Assembly (NCBI GenBank): GCA_963668675.2
Contig: CAXXMB010000002.1
Span: forward strand, 2,528,001 to 2,592,000
Direction of reading: 5' to 3'
DNA: 64,000 nucleotides
Source of the DNA: an uncultured Desulfatitalea sp.
GTDB lineage: Bacteria > Desulfobacterota > Desulfobacteria > Desulfobacterales > Desulfosarcinaceae
How positions within the stretch are numbered: position 1 is the first letter of the stretch; the number at the start of each line of letters is the position of its first letter. The notes beneath the pieces were generated by a model. That model did no database searches. It worked only from the letters and a program-made list of their open reading frames with translations, and had not been told where the DNA came from. The position numbers were made by a program, and so were the translations under genes. Positions 1 through 9,927 of the stretch are shown here, one piece after another.

Positions 1-42
1 TCTAACCCGATCCCGCAGATAAACAACGGAGCACAGGAAACC

Positions 43-264
43 ATGTCCGATAGAGAAAAGAAAATGGCTGCTGCAATGGCTGCGGTATCTGCCTATCTGC
101 AACAGGAAGAAGAGGCATGTCACCAGCAATTGACCGCCGCTGTGGCGCCCCCGAAGCGTCAGGCCCCCCAGATGACGATCAATCTGTGGGGCCAGAGCGG
201 ACGCCAGAGCATGATGCAGATGAGAAATTTGATGCAGGTCAAAGCGTTCCATCACCGATTCTAA
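43..264 (+). CDS. Small hypothetical protein, possibly an acyl-CoA carboxylase/transcarboxylase accessory subunit
   Basis: SD GGAG/AGGA upstream; AAAMAAVSAYL segment recalls OadG/epsilon-type subunits; lies directly before the carboxyltransferase gene. Confidence 0.55.
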   Translation: MSDREKKMAAAMAAVSAYLQQEEEACHQQLTAAVAPPKRQAPQMTINLWGQSGRQSMMQMRNLMQVKAFHHRF

Positions 265-303
265 TCTGCATCCTTAACGCCTTACCAGGAGGAGACGCAT
301 AAG

Positions 304-2361
304 ATGAGCGATCATGATCAAGTGAAAATGACCCCCATGAATTACGATAAAGATCGGCCCAAAGCGGAGAATCCGGTCAAGATAGAAGACTTGACGCTGC
401 GCGACGGCCATCAATCTCTGTTCGCCACACGCGGGCGGACGGAAGATATGATTCCGGTTGCCGAGATGATGGACGAAGTGGGCTTCTGGGCCATTGAAAC
501 TTGGGGCGGCGCCACATTCGACACCATGCACCGCTTTCTCAACGAAGATCCGTGGGAGCGCATTCGTACCTTGAAGCGCTACATTAAAAAGACGCCCTTC
601 TCCATGCTGCTGCGCGCCCAGAACCTGGTGGGTTACCGCAACTACGCCGACGACACGGCCCGCGCGTTTGTGGACCGCGCAGCGGCCAACGGCATGGATA
701 TTTTCCGCACCTTCGATGCCTTGAACGACTACCGCAACTTCGAGACGGTGGTGAAAGTGATCAAGGAGTGCGGCAAGCACTTCCAGGGCTGCATCTGTTA
801 CACCATGACCGAGCCGCGCATGGGCGGCGATGTCTACAACATCGACTACTTCGTCAACAAGGCCAAAGACCTGGAATCGATGGGTGCCGATTCGATCTGC
901 GTCAAGGATATGGCCGGCCTCATGGCCCCCTATGACGCATACAATCTGGTCAAAGCCCTCAAAAAAGCCGTTAAAGCGCCGGTCCACCTGCACAGCCATT
1001 TTACGTCGGGCATGTCGCCCATGACCCATCTCAAGGCAATCGAGGCGGGCGTTGACATCATCGACACGTGTATGACCCCGTATGCCTACCGCACTTCCCA
1101 TGCGGCCATCGAACCGCTGGTCATGACGCTGCTGGGCACCAATCGCGACACCGGTTTCGATATCCGTCTGCTGGCCAAAATAAACGAAAAACTCGAAAAA
1201 GAGGTGCTGCCCAAGTACAAGCATCTGCTTGACGACTCCAAGGTGTCGATCATCGATATCAACGTGCTGCTGCACCAGACCCCGGGAGGGATGCTCTCCA
1301 ACCTGGTCAACCAGCTGCGCGAAATGGACGCCCTGGATAAGATCGGCGAGGTCTACAAAGAGCTGCCGCGCGTGCGCAAGGAGCTGGGCCAAATTCCATT
1401 GGTGACGCCCACCAGCCAGATTGTCGGCATCCAGACGGTCAACAATGTGCTCTTCGATGATGAGAACGAGCGCTACAAGATGATCACCGGCCAGGTCAAG
1501 GATCTGTGCTACGGTCTATATGGCAAGACGGCCGTGCCCATCGATTCGGAAGTGCAGAAAAAGGCGCTCAAGGGTTACGAGCGCGGTGAGGAGCCGATCA
1601 CCTGTCGCCCGGCCGAAGTGATCGAGCCTGAGCTGGACAAGGCCAAGAAGGAGATCGGCGACCTGGCGGTGGATATGGATGACTTGGTTCTCTACGCCAT
1701 CTATCCGGTGACCGGCAAAAAGTTCCTGCAGTGGAAGTATGGCAAGGAGGAGGCGCCGGCCAGCGTGCGACCGATCACACTGGAAGAGGTCAAGGCGCGC
1801 GATGCCCTGGTGAAGAAAGCACTTGCCGGTGAATTGGTCGAGAAGAGCAAGGATGCTCCGGAAAAGAGCGACAATGCCCGCACCTTCAATGTCTTCGTAG
1901 ACAACGACTACTTCGAGGTCAATGTCGATCCGGTGGGCGGTCCGCCGGTGATCAATATCGCCCAGGCGGCAGTGGCGCCCATGCCTGCGGCGGCCCCTGC
2001 AGCGCCCGCTGCACCGACGGCTGCAGCTGCGCCTGCACCAGCAGCGCCCGCTGCACCGACGGCTGCAGCTGCGCCTGCACCAGCAGCGCCGGCTGCCAAG
2101 CCGACTCCGGCTCCAGCTCCCAAGCCGGCCCCTGCGGCCGCTGTCAGCGGTACGCCCATGGCTGCGCCCATGCCGGGCATGATCGTCAGCTATGCCAAGA
2201 ATGTGGGTGATGAGGTGAGCGAGGGTGAGACCGTGGTGGTGCTGGAAGCCATGAAAATGGAGAATGCACTGCCCGCTCCCAAGGGCGGCAAGATTGCTGC
2301 GATCAATTTTAAGAGCGGCGATACGGTGGCCAAGGGGGATGTTCTCTGCGTCATCGAGTAG
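304..2361 (+). CDS. Pyruvate carboxylase subunit B / transcarboxylase 5S-like carboxyltransferase fused to a biotin carrier domain
   Basis: LRDGHQSL, WGGATFD, KDMAG, HLHSH motifs; Ala/Pro linker; EAMKM biotinylation site. Confidence 0.92.
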   Translation: MSDHDQVKMTPMNYDKDRPKAENPVKIEDLTLRDGHQSLFATRGRTEDMIPVAEMMDEVGFWAIETWGGATFDTMHRFLNEDPWERIRTLKRYIKKTPFSMLLRAQNLVGYRNYADDTARAFVDRAAANGMDIFRTFDALNDYRNFETVVKVIKECGKHFQGCICYTMTEPRMGGDVYNIDYFVNKAKDLESMGADSICVKDMAGLMAPYDAYNLVKALKKAVKAPVHLHSHFTSGMSPMTHLKAIEAGVDIIDTCMTPYAYRTSHAAIEPLVMTLLGTNRDTGFDIRLLAKINEKLEKEVLPKYKHLLDDSKVSIIDINVLLHQTPGGMLSNLVNQLREMDALDKIGEVYKELPRVRKELGQIPLVTPTSQIVGIQTVNNVLFDDENERYKMITGQVKDLCYGLYGKTAVPIDSEVQKKALKGYERGEEPITCRPAEVIEPELDKAKKEIGDLAVDMDDLVLYAIYPVTGKKFLQWKYGKEEAPASVRPITLEEVKARDALVKKALAGELVEKSKDAPEKSDNARTFNVFVDNDYFEVNVDPVGGPPVINIAQAAVAPMPAAAPAAPAAPTAAAAPAPAAPAAPTAAAAPAPAAPAAKPTPAPAPKPAPAAAVSGTPMAAPMPGMIVSYAKNVGDEVSEGETVVVLEAMKMENALPAPKGGKIAAINFKSGDTVAKGDVLCVIE
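1999..2090 (+). repeat. Perfect 42-bp tandem duplication encoding part of the Ala/Pro linker
   Basis: gcagcgcccgctgcaccgacggctgcagctgcgcctgcacca at 1999-2040 and 2041-2082, plus a partial third copy. Confidence 0.9.
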
Positions 2362-2513
2362 TGCTAAGATGTCGTGAAGTAATTGCGCTGCGGGCGGAGA
2401 AGATCTCCGCCCGAAAATTATTGACTCAACTATTGGGGTAAAGAGCCGGCGAGGCCGGTGGGTGGTCTGCACCTGACGCAAATGCATGCAAGTGCCGCTA
2501 AGGCGCAACTCCG

Positions 2514-2553
2514 GGCGGTCCGGAAACTCGCTGCGCTCAGACAGTCCGGACCG
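2514..2553. repeat. Palindromic REP-like element
   Basis: Stem gcggtccgga...tccggaccgc enclosing aactcgctgcgctcagacag, a loop typical of dispersed intergenic repeats. Confidence 0.5.
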
Positions 2554-2692
2554 CTGGTCCTCCATTGCACCTAAGCGGCACTAACATGCGATGCTGAGCA
2601 GGTGCAGACCACCCGCCGGCCTCGCCTCCGTTTTAGATCAAAGAGAACCCGTAAGTTGGGTTATGAACCTGAAAATGAGACAGGTGAAGCGT

Positions 2693-2717
2693 GTAGGGGC
2701 GGGGTTTATCCCCGCCC
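2693..2717 (+). repeat. GTAG-family REP
   Basis: gtaggggcggggtttatccccgccc: GTAG tetranucleotide plus hairpin; near-identical copies at 5001 and 5069. Confidence 0.8.
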
Positions 2718-2861
2718 GGCCCAACGCAAGGGAAGCAGAAACGGGCAGCATAAAATTTCATGCTGTGGAACAAGGCCCATGAGAGACGGACTGCATGTTC
2801 AAAACGGTGGTTATGCACCGAAAAAGAAGATTGATATCGAAACAGAAGAGAGAGGCCAATC

Positions 2862-4025
2862 ATGAAAATCCATGAGTACCAAGCCAAGATCCTTTTTCGG
2901 AAGTATGACGTGCCCGTTCCCATGGGCGAGGTCGCTTTTACTTCCGGAGAGGCGCTGAACGTTGCGCAGACACTGGGTGGTTACCCGGTGGTGGTCAAGG
3001 CGCAGATCCATGCGGGCGGCCGCGGCAAGGGCGGCGGCGTCAAACTGGCCCATTCGGCGGAAGAGGTGACACAGGTGGCCGACGAGATCATCGGCATGAA
3101 TCTGGTCACCCACCAGACTGGCCCCAAAGGACAGCCGGTGAAGAAGGTGCTGGTCGAACAGGGGTTGAACATCGCTAAAGAGCTCTACCTGAGTATCGTG
3201 GCCGACCGCGCCACGGCAGAAATTGTCATCATGGCGAGCGAGGCCGGCGGCATGGATATCGAAGCGGTGGCTGCCGAGACCCCTGAGAAGATCATCAAGG
3301 TCTATGTCAATCCGCTCAATGGCATCCAGGCCTACCACTGTTTGCAGGCGGCCCATGGATTGAATCTGCCCGGCGCAAGCGTCAAGCCGTTCATTAAGCT
3401 GCTGAACAACCTTTACCGGCTCTTTGTCGACTATGACGCCTCCCTGGTGGAGATCAATCCGTTGATCATTACGGCGGACGAGGCGGTGATTGCGCTGGAT
3501 GCCAAGATCAATTTCGATGACAATGCCCTTTTCCGGCACAAAGATCTGATCGATTTCCGCGATCTCGATGAAGAGGATCCGGCCGAGGTAGAGGCCTCCA
3601 AGTTCAACTTGAACTATATCAACTTGGACGGAAACGTGGGCAACATGGTCAACGGCGCCGGCCTGGCCATGGCCACCATGGATATTATCAAACTCGCCGG
3701 TGCGGAGCCGGCTAATTTTCTCGACGTGGGCGGCGGTGCCGATGCCGAGATGGTCGAGAACGGATTTCGCATCATCCTCAGCGACCCCAACGTCAAGGGG
3801 ATCCTGATCAATATCTTCGGTGGTATTTTGCGTTGCGATGTGTTGGCCGAAGGGGTGGTCAAGGCGGCCCAGAAGACAGGCATCTCGGTGCCGGTGGTGG
3901 TGCGCATGGAGGGGACCAATGTGGACGAGGGGCGAAAAATCCTGGCCGATTCCGGACTGAATCTCACACCGGCTGTGGATTTGAGCGATGCCGCAGCCAA
4001 GGTGGCGAACATGGTGAAGAATTAA
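2862..4025 (+). CDS. sucC: Succinyl-CoA synthetase beta subunit
   Basis: MKIHEYQAK, KAQIHAGGRGKGGGV, NGAGLAMATMD, NIFGGILRCD. Confidence 0.96.
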   Translation: MKIHEYQAKILFRKYDVPVPMGEVAFTSGEALNVAQTLGGYPVVVKAQIHAGGRGKGGGVKLAHSAEEVTQVADEIIGMNLVTHQTGPKGQPVKKVLVEQGLNIAKELYLSIVADRATAEIVIMASEAGGMDIEAVAAETPEKIIKVYVNPLNGIQAYHCLQAAHGLNLPGASVKPFIKLLNNLYRLFVDYDASLVEINPLIITADEAVIALDAKINFDDNALFRHKDLIDFRDLDEEDPAEVEASKFNLNYINLDGNVGNMVNGAGLAMATMDIIKLAGAEPANFLDVGGGADAEMVENGFRIILSDPNVKGILINIFGGILRCDVLAEGVVKAAQKTGISVPVVVRMEGTNVDEGRKILADSGLNLTPAVDLSDAAAKVANMVKN

Positions 4026-4073
4026 ATGGTCACCCCCGTTTTGATTAAAAGATGATTAAAGTGGAGTTATATC

Positions 4074-4955
4074 ATGAGTATCTTCGCAGATAAGAAGACC
4101 AAAATAGTGGTACAGGGCATCACCGGCCGCGAGGGGCAGTTCCACGCCCGTCAATGTGTGGCTTACGGCACCCAGGTCGTGGGCGGTGTCACGCCTGGCA
4201 AGGGCGGTCAGAAGATGGACGATGTCCCGGTCTTCCACACCGTGGCCGAGGCCAAAGCCGCCACCGGCGCCAATTGCAGCTTGATCTTCGTGCCGCCTCC
4301 GTTTGCGGCGGCCGCCATTCTCGAAGCCATCGATGCCGATATCGAATTGATTGTGGCCATTACCGAAGGCATACCGGTGCTGGACATGATGAAGGTGAAG
4401 AACTATCTCAAGCCGAGCCGGTCCAGACTGATCGGCCCCAACTGCCCGGGCATCATCACCCCGGGCGAGTGCAAGATCGGCATCATGCCGGCTCCCATTC
4501 ATAAGCCGGGCGGGCCCATCGGGGTGGTCTCGCGGTCCGGCACCCTGACTTACGAGGTGGTGCACCAGTTGACCCAGCAGGGCATCGGCCAGACCACCTG
4601 TATCGGAATAGGTGGCGACCCGGTCAACGGCACCAACTTCATCGACTGCCTGCAGGCTTTTGAGGCCGATCCGGAGACCAAGGGCATTGTGATGGTCGGT
4701 GAGATCGGCGGGAGTGCCGAGGAGGAGGCGGCCGACTTTATCACCGAAAAGGTGACGAAGCCGGTTGTTGGCTTTATTGCCGGCCTGACCGCGCCCCCAG
4801 GGCGCCGTATGGGCCACGCCGGGGCGATCATCAGTGGCAACAGCGGAACGGCTCAGGGCAAGATCGACGCCATGGGCGCTGCCGGAATCAATGTGTGCAA
4901 GAACCTGGGGCGGTTGGGCGACTTGTGTAAAGAGAGCTTCACCGGTCTTTACTAG
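4074..4955 (+). CDS. sucD: Succinyl-CoA synthetase alpha subunit
   Basis: [27 protein letters not shown] phospho-His motif. Confidence 0.96.
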   Translation: MSIFADKKTKIVVQGITGREGQFHARQCVAYGTQVVGGVTPGKGGQKMDDVPVFHTVAEAKAATGANCSLIFVPPPFAAAAILEAIDADIELIVAITEGIPVLDMMKVKNYLKPSRSRLIGPNCPGIITPGECKIGIMPAPIHKPGGPIGVVSRSGTLTYEVVHQLTQQGIGQTTCIGIGGDPVNGTNFIDCLQAFEADPETKGIVMVGEIGGSAEEEAADFITEKVTKPVVGFIAGLTAPPGRRMGHAGAIISGNSGTAQGKIDAMGAAGINVCKNLGRLGDLCKESFTGLY

Positions 4956-5000
4956 TGCTTGCCCAATGTTCTTAGCTTGAGGTTTTTCGGCTACCGATCC

Positions 5001-5093
5001 GGGCGGGCATAAAGCCCGCCCCTACACGGTTCGTGTATGGTAACAGAACGTATTTCTACTCAAATTTCGTAGGGGCGGGCTTTATGCCCGGCC
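5001..5093. repeat. Inverted pair of GTAG-family REPs (REPIN-like doublet)
   Basis: gggcgggcataaagcccgcccctac (5001-5025) and gtaggggcgggctttatgcccggcc (5069-5093) in opposite orientation, 43-nt spacer. Confidence 0.82.
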
Positions 5094-5227
5094 GTTGCGT
5101 CCGCGTAAGTTATTGACATTGAGTGCTTACCAATACATTGTCTTTCAAGATCTCTGCTATGGAAGTGGAAAGTAGGAAAGTTAAGGTATACTTCTAAGCA
5201 GGGGCTGCAAACAACAACGGAGCTGTC

Positions 5228-5602
5228 ATGCACGAAATGGGTATTGCCATGGAGGTCCTCAGGATCGCCCAGGAGTCTGTTCCGGCGGAGATGACGGGTG
5301 CGCGCATTCAGCGCGTCCACTTAAAGGTCGGGCAGCTTTCGGCGGTGGTGCCCGAGAGCCTGCGATTCTGTTTCGAAGTGGCGGCCAAGGATACCATTGC
5401 CGATGGTGCCGAGTTGGCCATCGAGGAGGTCCAGGTCAACGCCCGCTGCAAGGATTGCATGCACGAATGGTCGGTCGACGAACCGGTTTTCGTCTGTCCG
5501 GCCTGTAACAGCGGTAATATCGATCTGTTGTCCGGTCGGGAGTTGAATATCGAATCCATCGAGATTGAAGAGAAGGACGGTGCCAATGTTGACCAAGGAT
5601 AA
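5228..5602 (+). CDS. hypA: Hydrogenase nickel metallochaperone HypA
   Basis: MHE N-terminus; CKDC and CPAC zinc motifs; SGREL. Confidence 0.95.
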   Translation: MHEMGIAMEVLRIAQESVPAEMTGARIQRVHLKVGQLSAVVPESLRFCFEVAAKDTIADGAELAIEEVQVNARCKDCMHEWSVDEPVFVCPACNSGNIDLLSGRELNIESIEIEEKDGANVDQG

Positions 5603-6383
5603 GCAACTGATTTACCGCCACCATAAAGAGGGCCACAAGGGCTCTCACTCCCACAGCCATCCCCACCCCCACTCCCACGATGCGCCTGAAATGGCGTCGC
5701 AACCATCAGGCAGCCGCGAGATAAAGGTGGTGCGGCGGGTGCTCGATGCCAACGATATGATGGCGGCCCGCAACCGTGAGCTCTTTGCCGCCGAGGGCGT
5801 CTTCGTCCTCAACATGATGAGCTCTCCGGGGTCGGGCAAGACCACCATACTCCAGCGTACCCTGTCGCAACTGATGCCCGACATGCACTGCGCGGTGATC
5901 GTGGGTGATATCTGCACCACCCAGGATGCGGACCGCCTCGCAGCATCGGGCGCTCCGGTGGTTCAGATCAATACCGACGAATTCGGTGGCGACTGCCATC
6001 TGGCCGCCCATGTGATCGAGCGCGCCCTGGGCGGTATCGACCTGAACGGGTTGGACCTGCTGATTGTCGAAAATATCGGCAACCTGGTCTGCCCGGCGGA
6101 GTTCGATATCGGGGAAGACAAGCGTGTGGTCGTTTTATCGGTGACCGAGGGTGAAGACAAGCCGGCGAAGTATCCGCTTATGTTTCGCGAGTGCGACGCC
6201 ATGCTGCTCAATAAGATCGATCTGCTGCCCTACCTGGACTACGATGTGGATGTGACATTGAAAAGCGTGGCCCAACTGCATCCGGGGATGCCTGTCTATC
6301 AAATGTCTGCGAAGAGCGGTGATGGATTCGACGGCTGGATCGAATGGCTCAAGGCCCAAGTGTCCGGAAAGCGTGCAGAGTAG
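5586..6383 (+). CDS. hypB: Hydrogenase nickel incorporation GTPase HypB
   Basis: His-rich N-terminus; SSPGSGKT, CHL, ENIGNLVCPA, NKIDL; start set at ATG 5586. Confidence 0.95.
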   Translation: MLTKDKQLIYRHHKEGHKGSHSHSHPHPHSHDAPEMASQPSGSREIKVVRRVLDANDMMAARNRELFAAEGVFVLNMMSSPGSGKTTILQRTLSQLMPDMHCAVIVGDICTTQDADRLAASGAPVVQINTDEFGGDCHLAAHVIERALGGIDLNGLDLLIVENIGNLVCPAEFDIGEDKRVVVLSVTEGEDKPAKYPLMFRECDAMLLNKIDLLPYLDYDVDVTLKSVAQLHPGMPVYQMSAKSGDGFDGWIEWLKAQVSGKRAE

Positions 6384-6450
6384 AATTCTCAGAAAGTAAA
6401 CGCCCACCTATTCTAGTATTCGTGATCGACAAGCCGCCCATTGCGACGGG

Positions 6451-6540
6451 TCCCCCTTTCCCAAAGGGGGATTTGAACTAACCGTAGAAGAGTGGCACCC
6501 TGAAGAGAATCCCCCTGGCCCCTTTGAAAAAGAGGGGGAA
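6451..6540. repeat. Inverted pair of CCCCCTTT...AAAGGGGG hairpin repeats between convergent genes
   Basis: tccccctttcccaaaggggga (6451-6471) and aatccccctggcccctttgaaaaagaggggga (6508-6539). Confidence 0.55.
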
Positions 6541-6551
6541 CTTTATAAAAT

Positions 6552-7736
6552 CTAAGCCTTCGTCATGCAAACCCCGGATGGCTGATTCCAGAAGGGTGAC
6601 ATTTTGCGCAGCCGGTCGATGATCGGCGGCATCTTTTCGATGATCAGGTCGATCTCCTCTTCGGTGTTGTAGACGCTCAGGCTGAAGCGGATGGAGCCGT
6701 GGGCCGCGGTGAAGGGCACATCCATCGCCCGCAGCACATGGGAGGGCTCCAGCGAGCCCGAGGTACAGGCCGAGCCGGAGGAGGCGCACACATTGAACTC
6801 GTCGAGCATGAGCAGGATCGATTCGCCCTCCACGAACTCGAAGGCGATGCTGGAGGTGTTGGGCAGGCGCTTTTCAATGTCGCCGTTGACGATGGCGTTG
6901 GGCACGGCTTTGACGAGACCGTTTTCCAGGCGGTCGCGCATCGCTTTAACGCGGGTGTTTTCGTCTTCCATTTTTTCGGCTGCCAGTTCTGCGGCTTTAC
7001 CAAGTCCGACGATGGCTGCAACATTCTCGGTGCCCCCCCTGCGGCCGTGCTCCTGGTGGCCGCCCAGCATGAACGGGGCGAATTTGGTCCCCTTGCGGAT
7101 ATAGAGGGCGCCGATGCCTTTGGGGCCATGCAGTTTGTGCCCGGAGAGCGACAGCATGCCGACGTCGTTTTCAGAGAGGTTGATGGGGATCTTGCCGACC
7201 GCCTGGACCGCATCGGTATGAAACACCGCGCCTCGTTGACTCACCCGCTCGGCCACTTCCTCGACCGGGAAGATCACGCCTGTTTCGTTGTTGGCCCACA
7301 TCAGGCTGACGATGGCCGTCTCGTCGTTGAGCCGGGAGTATAGGTAATCGACATCCAGAAGCCCCTTGGTGTCGACGGGGACGTAGCTGACACGGTAGCC
7401 GTTGTGCGCCAGATATTCACACAGATTCTTCACGGCCGGGTGCTCAACATTGGAGGTAATCACGTGCCGTTTACCGGGATTGGATCGTAGGGCAGCCCAA
7501 ATGGCGGTGCTGTCGCTCTCGGTGCCGCATGAGGTGAAGACGATCTCTTCCGCTTGGGCGCCCAGCAGATCTGCCAGCTTGGCCCGGGCCTCTTTGATCT
7601 TCATGGCCACGTTACCGCCAAAGGTGTGCATGCTCGACGGGTTGCCGTAGAACTGGGTGAAGTAGGGCAGCATCTCTTCGACGACCTCGGGCGCCACCTG
7701 GGTCGTGGCGTTGTTGTCAAAGTAGACCGGTTTCAT
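6552..7736 (-). CDS. nifS: Cysteine desulfurase NifS
   Basis: YFDNNATT, HTDAVQ, SGHKLHGPKG (PLP Lys), SSGSAC; ATG at 7736 overlaps the nifU stop. Confidence 0.95.
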   Translation of the reverse strand: MKPVYFDNNATTQVAPEVVEEMLPYFTQFYGNPSSMHTFGGNVAMKIKEARAKLADLLGAQAEEIVFTSCGTESDSTAIWAALRSNPGKRHVITSNVEHPAVKNLCEYLAHNGYRVSYVPVDTKGLLDVDYLYSRLNDETAIVSLMWANNETGVIFPVEEVAERVSQRGAVFHTDAVQAVGKIPINLSENDVGMLSLSGHKLHGPKGIGALYIRKGTKFAPFMLGGHQEHGRRGGTENVAAIVGLGKAAELAAEKMEDENTRVKAMRDRLENGLVKAVPNAIVNGDIEKRLPNTSSIAFEFVEGESILLMLDEFNVCASSGSACTSGSLEPSHVLRAMDVPFTAAHGSIRFSLSVYNTEEEIDLIIEKMPPIIDRLRKMSPFWNQPSGVCMTKA

Positions 7737-8563
7737 GATGCCACCTCCTCGACCACCAGATCTTTGGTCACCAGTTCCTGAAGCTTGCTCTCCACATAAT
7801 CCTTGAGCGTGATCTGGGACATGGCGCACGCGGCGCAGCGTCCCTTGAGCTTGACCACTACGCGGTTGCCGTCCACATCGATCAGTTGGATGTCGCCACC
7901 GTCCTGCATCAGGGCCGGCTTGATCTCTCGCTCCAACGTCTCCTCGATCAGTCTGATTTTTTGGATATTGGTCAACGGTTTTGGTTCGACCGGTTTTTCC
8001 ACGAGGGAGCCATTGACGCGATCGATGATCTCCTGAATGGTGTCATGGCACTGCCCGCAGCCACCGCCGGCTTTGATGTAGTTGGTGATCTCCTCGATGG
8101 TTTTCAGGCTGTTGTCGGTCGCAGCCCGTTCAATCTGTAGATCGGTCACACCAAAGCATTCGCACACCACATTGCCCGGCTTTTTCTGTTCCGGCTCGCC
8201 ACGGTAGCATGCAATGGCCTTTCCCAGGGCTTCTTGACCCATGACCGAGCAGTGCATCTTCTCCTTGGGCAGTCCGCCTAAAGAATCGGCGATATGATCG
8301 TTGGTGAGTTTTTCGGCCTCTTCAATGGTTTTTCCGATGAGCAGTTCGGTCAACGCCGATGCCGATGCAATGGCGCTGGCGCAACCGAAGGTTTTAAACT
8401 TGGCATCTGTTATGCGGCCGGCATCGTCAACCTTGAATGTCAGTTTTAGGGCATCTCCACATGCCATGGAGCCAACCTCGCCGACGCCGTCGGCGTTTTC
8501 CACCTCTCCCACATTGCGCGGATTGAGGAAGTGTTCTTTCACTTTATCTGTATATTCCCACAT
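7733..8563 (-). CDS. nifU: Fe-S cluster assembly scaffold NifU
   Basis: IscU domain (CGD, FGC, HC), BFD-like CECF...CGQC, C-terminal DGGD...CAAC. Confidence 0.95.
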   Translation of the reverse strand: MWEYTDKVKEHFLNPRNVGEVENADGVGEVGSMACGDALKLTFKVDDAGRITDAKFKTFGCASAIASASALTELLIGKTIEEAEKLTNDHIADSLGGLPKEKMHCSVMGQEALGKAIACYRGEPEQKKPGNVVCECFGVTDLQIERAATDNSLKTIEEITNYIKAGGGCGQCHDTIQEIIDRVNGSLVEKPVEPKPLTNIQKIRLIEETLEREIKPALMQDGGDIQLIDVDGNRVVVKLKGRCAACAMSQITLKDYVESKLQELVTKDLVVEEVAS

Positions 8564-8802
8564 CTCGGCCTCCCGGGTGATTATTTGGCAACAGCTTGAT
8601 CTGCTTGTATAAGTGGTCTCATTCTTGGCACACTGGTGTCATAATAAGCATCAATTTGCGGATGCAAAGCAGTCAACCGGCATCGGCCTTGTCAATCGCG
8701 TGTTGACAATAGTGCTTTTTCCGATGGTATGTTGAATCTAATGATCCAGCGGATTGGGATCGAGTGAAGAAACCGGCCATTGAAAAACAGGAGAGGTGAG
8801 GT

Positions 8803-9657
8803 ATGGAGCTGCGCAAAGCGGCCTTTTCCGGGAGTTGGTACCCCAGCCAGGCCAGGGCGTGTGAAGAGGAGATCGCCCGGTTTCTATCCGGCGCCACCGA
8901 ATCGCCGGAAGCGGGGCAGAACTGGGTGGCCGGCATTGTGCCCCATGCCGGCTGGTACTACAGTGGCGCCATCGCCTGCCAGGTGATCAACTGTCTAAAG
9001 GCGGACGCCCCTATCGATCTGGTTGTGATCCTCGGCATGCATCTGCATCCCGGATCGGCCAACCATATGATGACCCGTGGTGCCTGGGAGACGCCCTTCG
9101 GCCCCCTGCCTGTGGCTGAGGATCTGGCCGATGCCCTGCAGGAGCGGTTCGATTTTCAGGTGGAAACCCCGCTTCGGTTTGTGCAGGACAACACCATCGA
9201 ACTGCAAATGCCGTTTGTCAAAAAACTGCTCAACCCAGCGGCGGTGTTAGGCATCGGCGTGCCACCGGCCAATCGATCCCTGGAGATCGGTCGGGCGGTG
9301 GTGGATTGGGCGCGCGACAATGACCTTCGTTTCAAAATTGTCGGGTCGACCGATCTCACCCATTACGGACCCAATTACGGCTTTTCACCCCAGGGGGCCG
9401 GTTCTCAGGCGGTGGCGTGGGTTCGCGATCAGAATGACCGCGAGGTGATCGACGCCATGCTCGATATCGATGCTGAAAAGGTGATCTCCCTGGGGCTGCA
9501 GCACCAAAACGCCTGCTGTGCCGGTGCGGCGGCCACCGCCATCGCAGCGGCCAAACACGCTGGCGCCACCCGATCCGAGGCCCTTGCCTACGCCACCAGC
9601 TACGATAAGAGCCCAGGCGATAGCTTTGTGGGTTACGCGGGGATTGTTTTCAGATAG
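8803..9657 (+). CDS. amrB: AmmeMemoRadiSam system protein B (MEMO1 family)
   Basis: GSWYP, IVPHAGWYYSG, STDLTHYG, SFVGYAG. Confidence 0.88.
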   Translation: MELRKAAFSGSWYPSQARACEEEIARFLSGATESPEAGQNWVAGIVPHAGWYYSGAIACQVINCLKADAPIDLVVILGMHLHPGSANHMMTRGAWETPFGPLPVAEDLADALQERFDFQVETPLRFVQDNTIELQMPFVKKLLNPAAVLGIGVPPANRSLEIGRAVVDWARDNDLRFKIVGSTDLTHYGPNYGFSPQGAGSQAVAWVRDQNDREVIDAMLDIDAEKVISLGLQHQNACCAGAAATAIAAAKHAGATRSEALAYATSYDKSPGDSFVGYAGIVFR

Positions 9658-9743
9658 TTAAAAAAGGTCCGTGTAAATCCATCGGTCATCTCTCAATGGC
9701 CTGTTCGCCACCGGTACTATTTCTCGCCTATTGCACCTTTTTC

Positions 9744-9760
9744 CGGGCATCCTTATTGCA
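9744..9760 (+). promoter_or_regulatory. Putative sigma54 promoter
   Basis: cgggcatccttattgca = GG-N10-GC with TTGCA -12 element, upstream of 9928. Confidence 0.5.
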
Positions 9761-9927
9761 TAGAGAATAAAAATATTTAACCTAGTGCTATTGCCAACCG
9801 ATAGCCTGATAGAGACACCACAGGCATTGGCAACAATCGATAGTCAGGTTCCGACCGACATCGCGATACCAAAACGGCCCAAATCGCTCCGTGCAGGAGC
9901 GGTTTAATATATTTCGAGGAGCGCACC

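Noticed and set aside
274..2565. Long antisense ORFs (372 aa, 349 aa) and similar shadows elsewhere (e.g. 21652-22998, 30096-31283, 47694-48638)
   Set aside because: They overlap well-supported genes on the opposite strand, carry no motifs, and are expected in GC-rich coding DNA
6552..8563. Nitrogen fixation cluster
   Set aside because: No nifHDK in the window; nifUS alone is a common housekeeping Fe-S system in anaerobes
8803..9657. Lone amrB as a novel system
   Set aside because: Its partners are often encoded elsewhere; nothing in this window adds information
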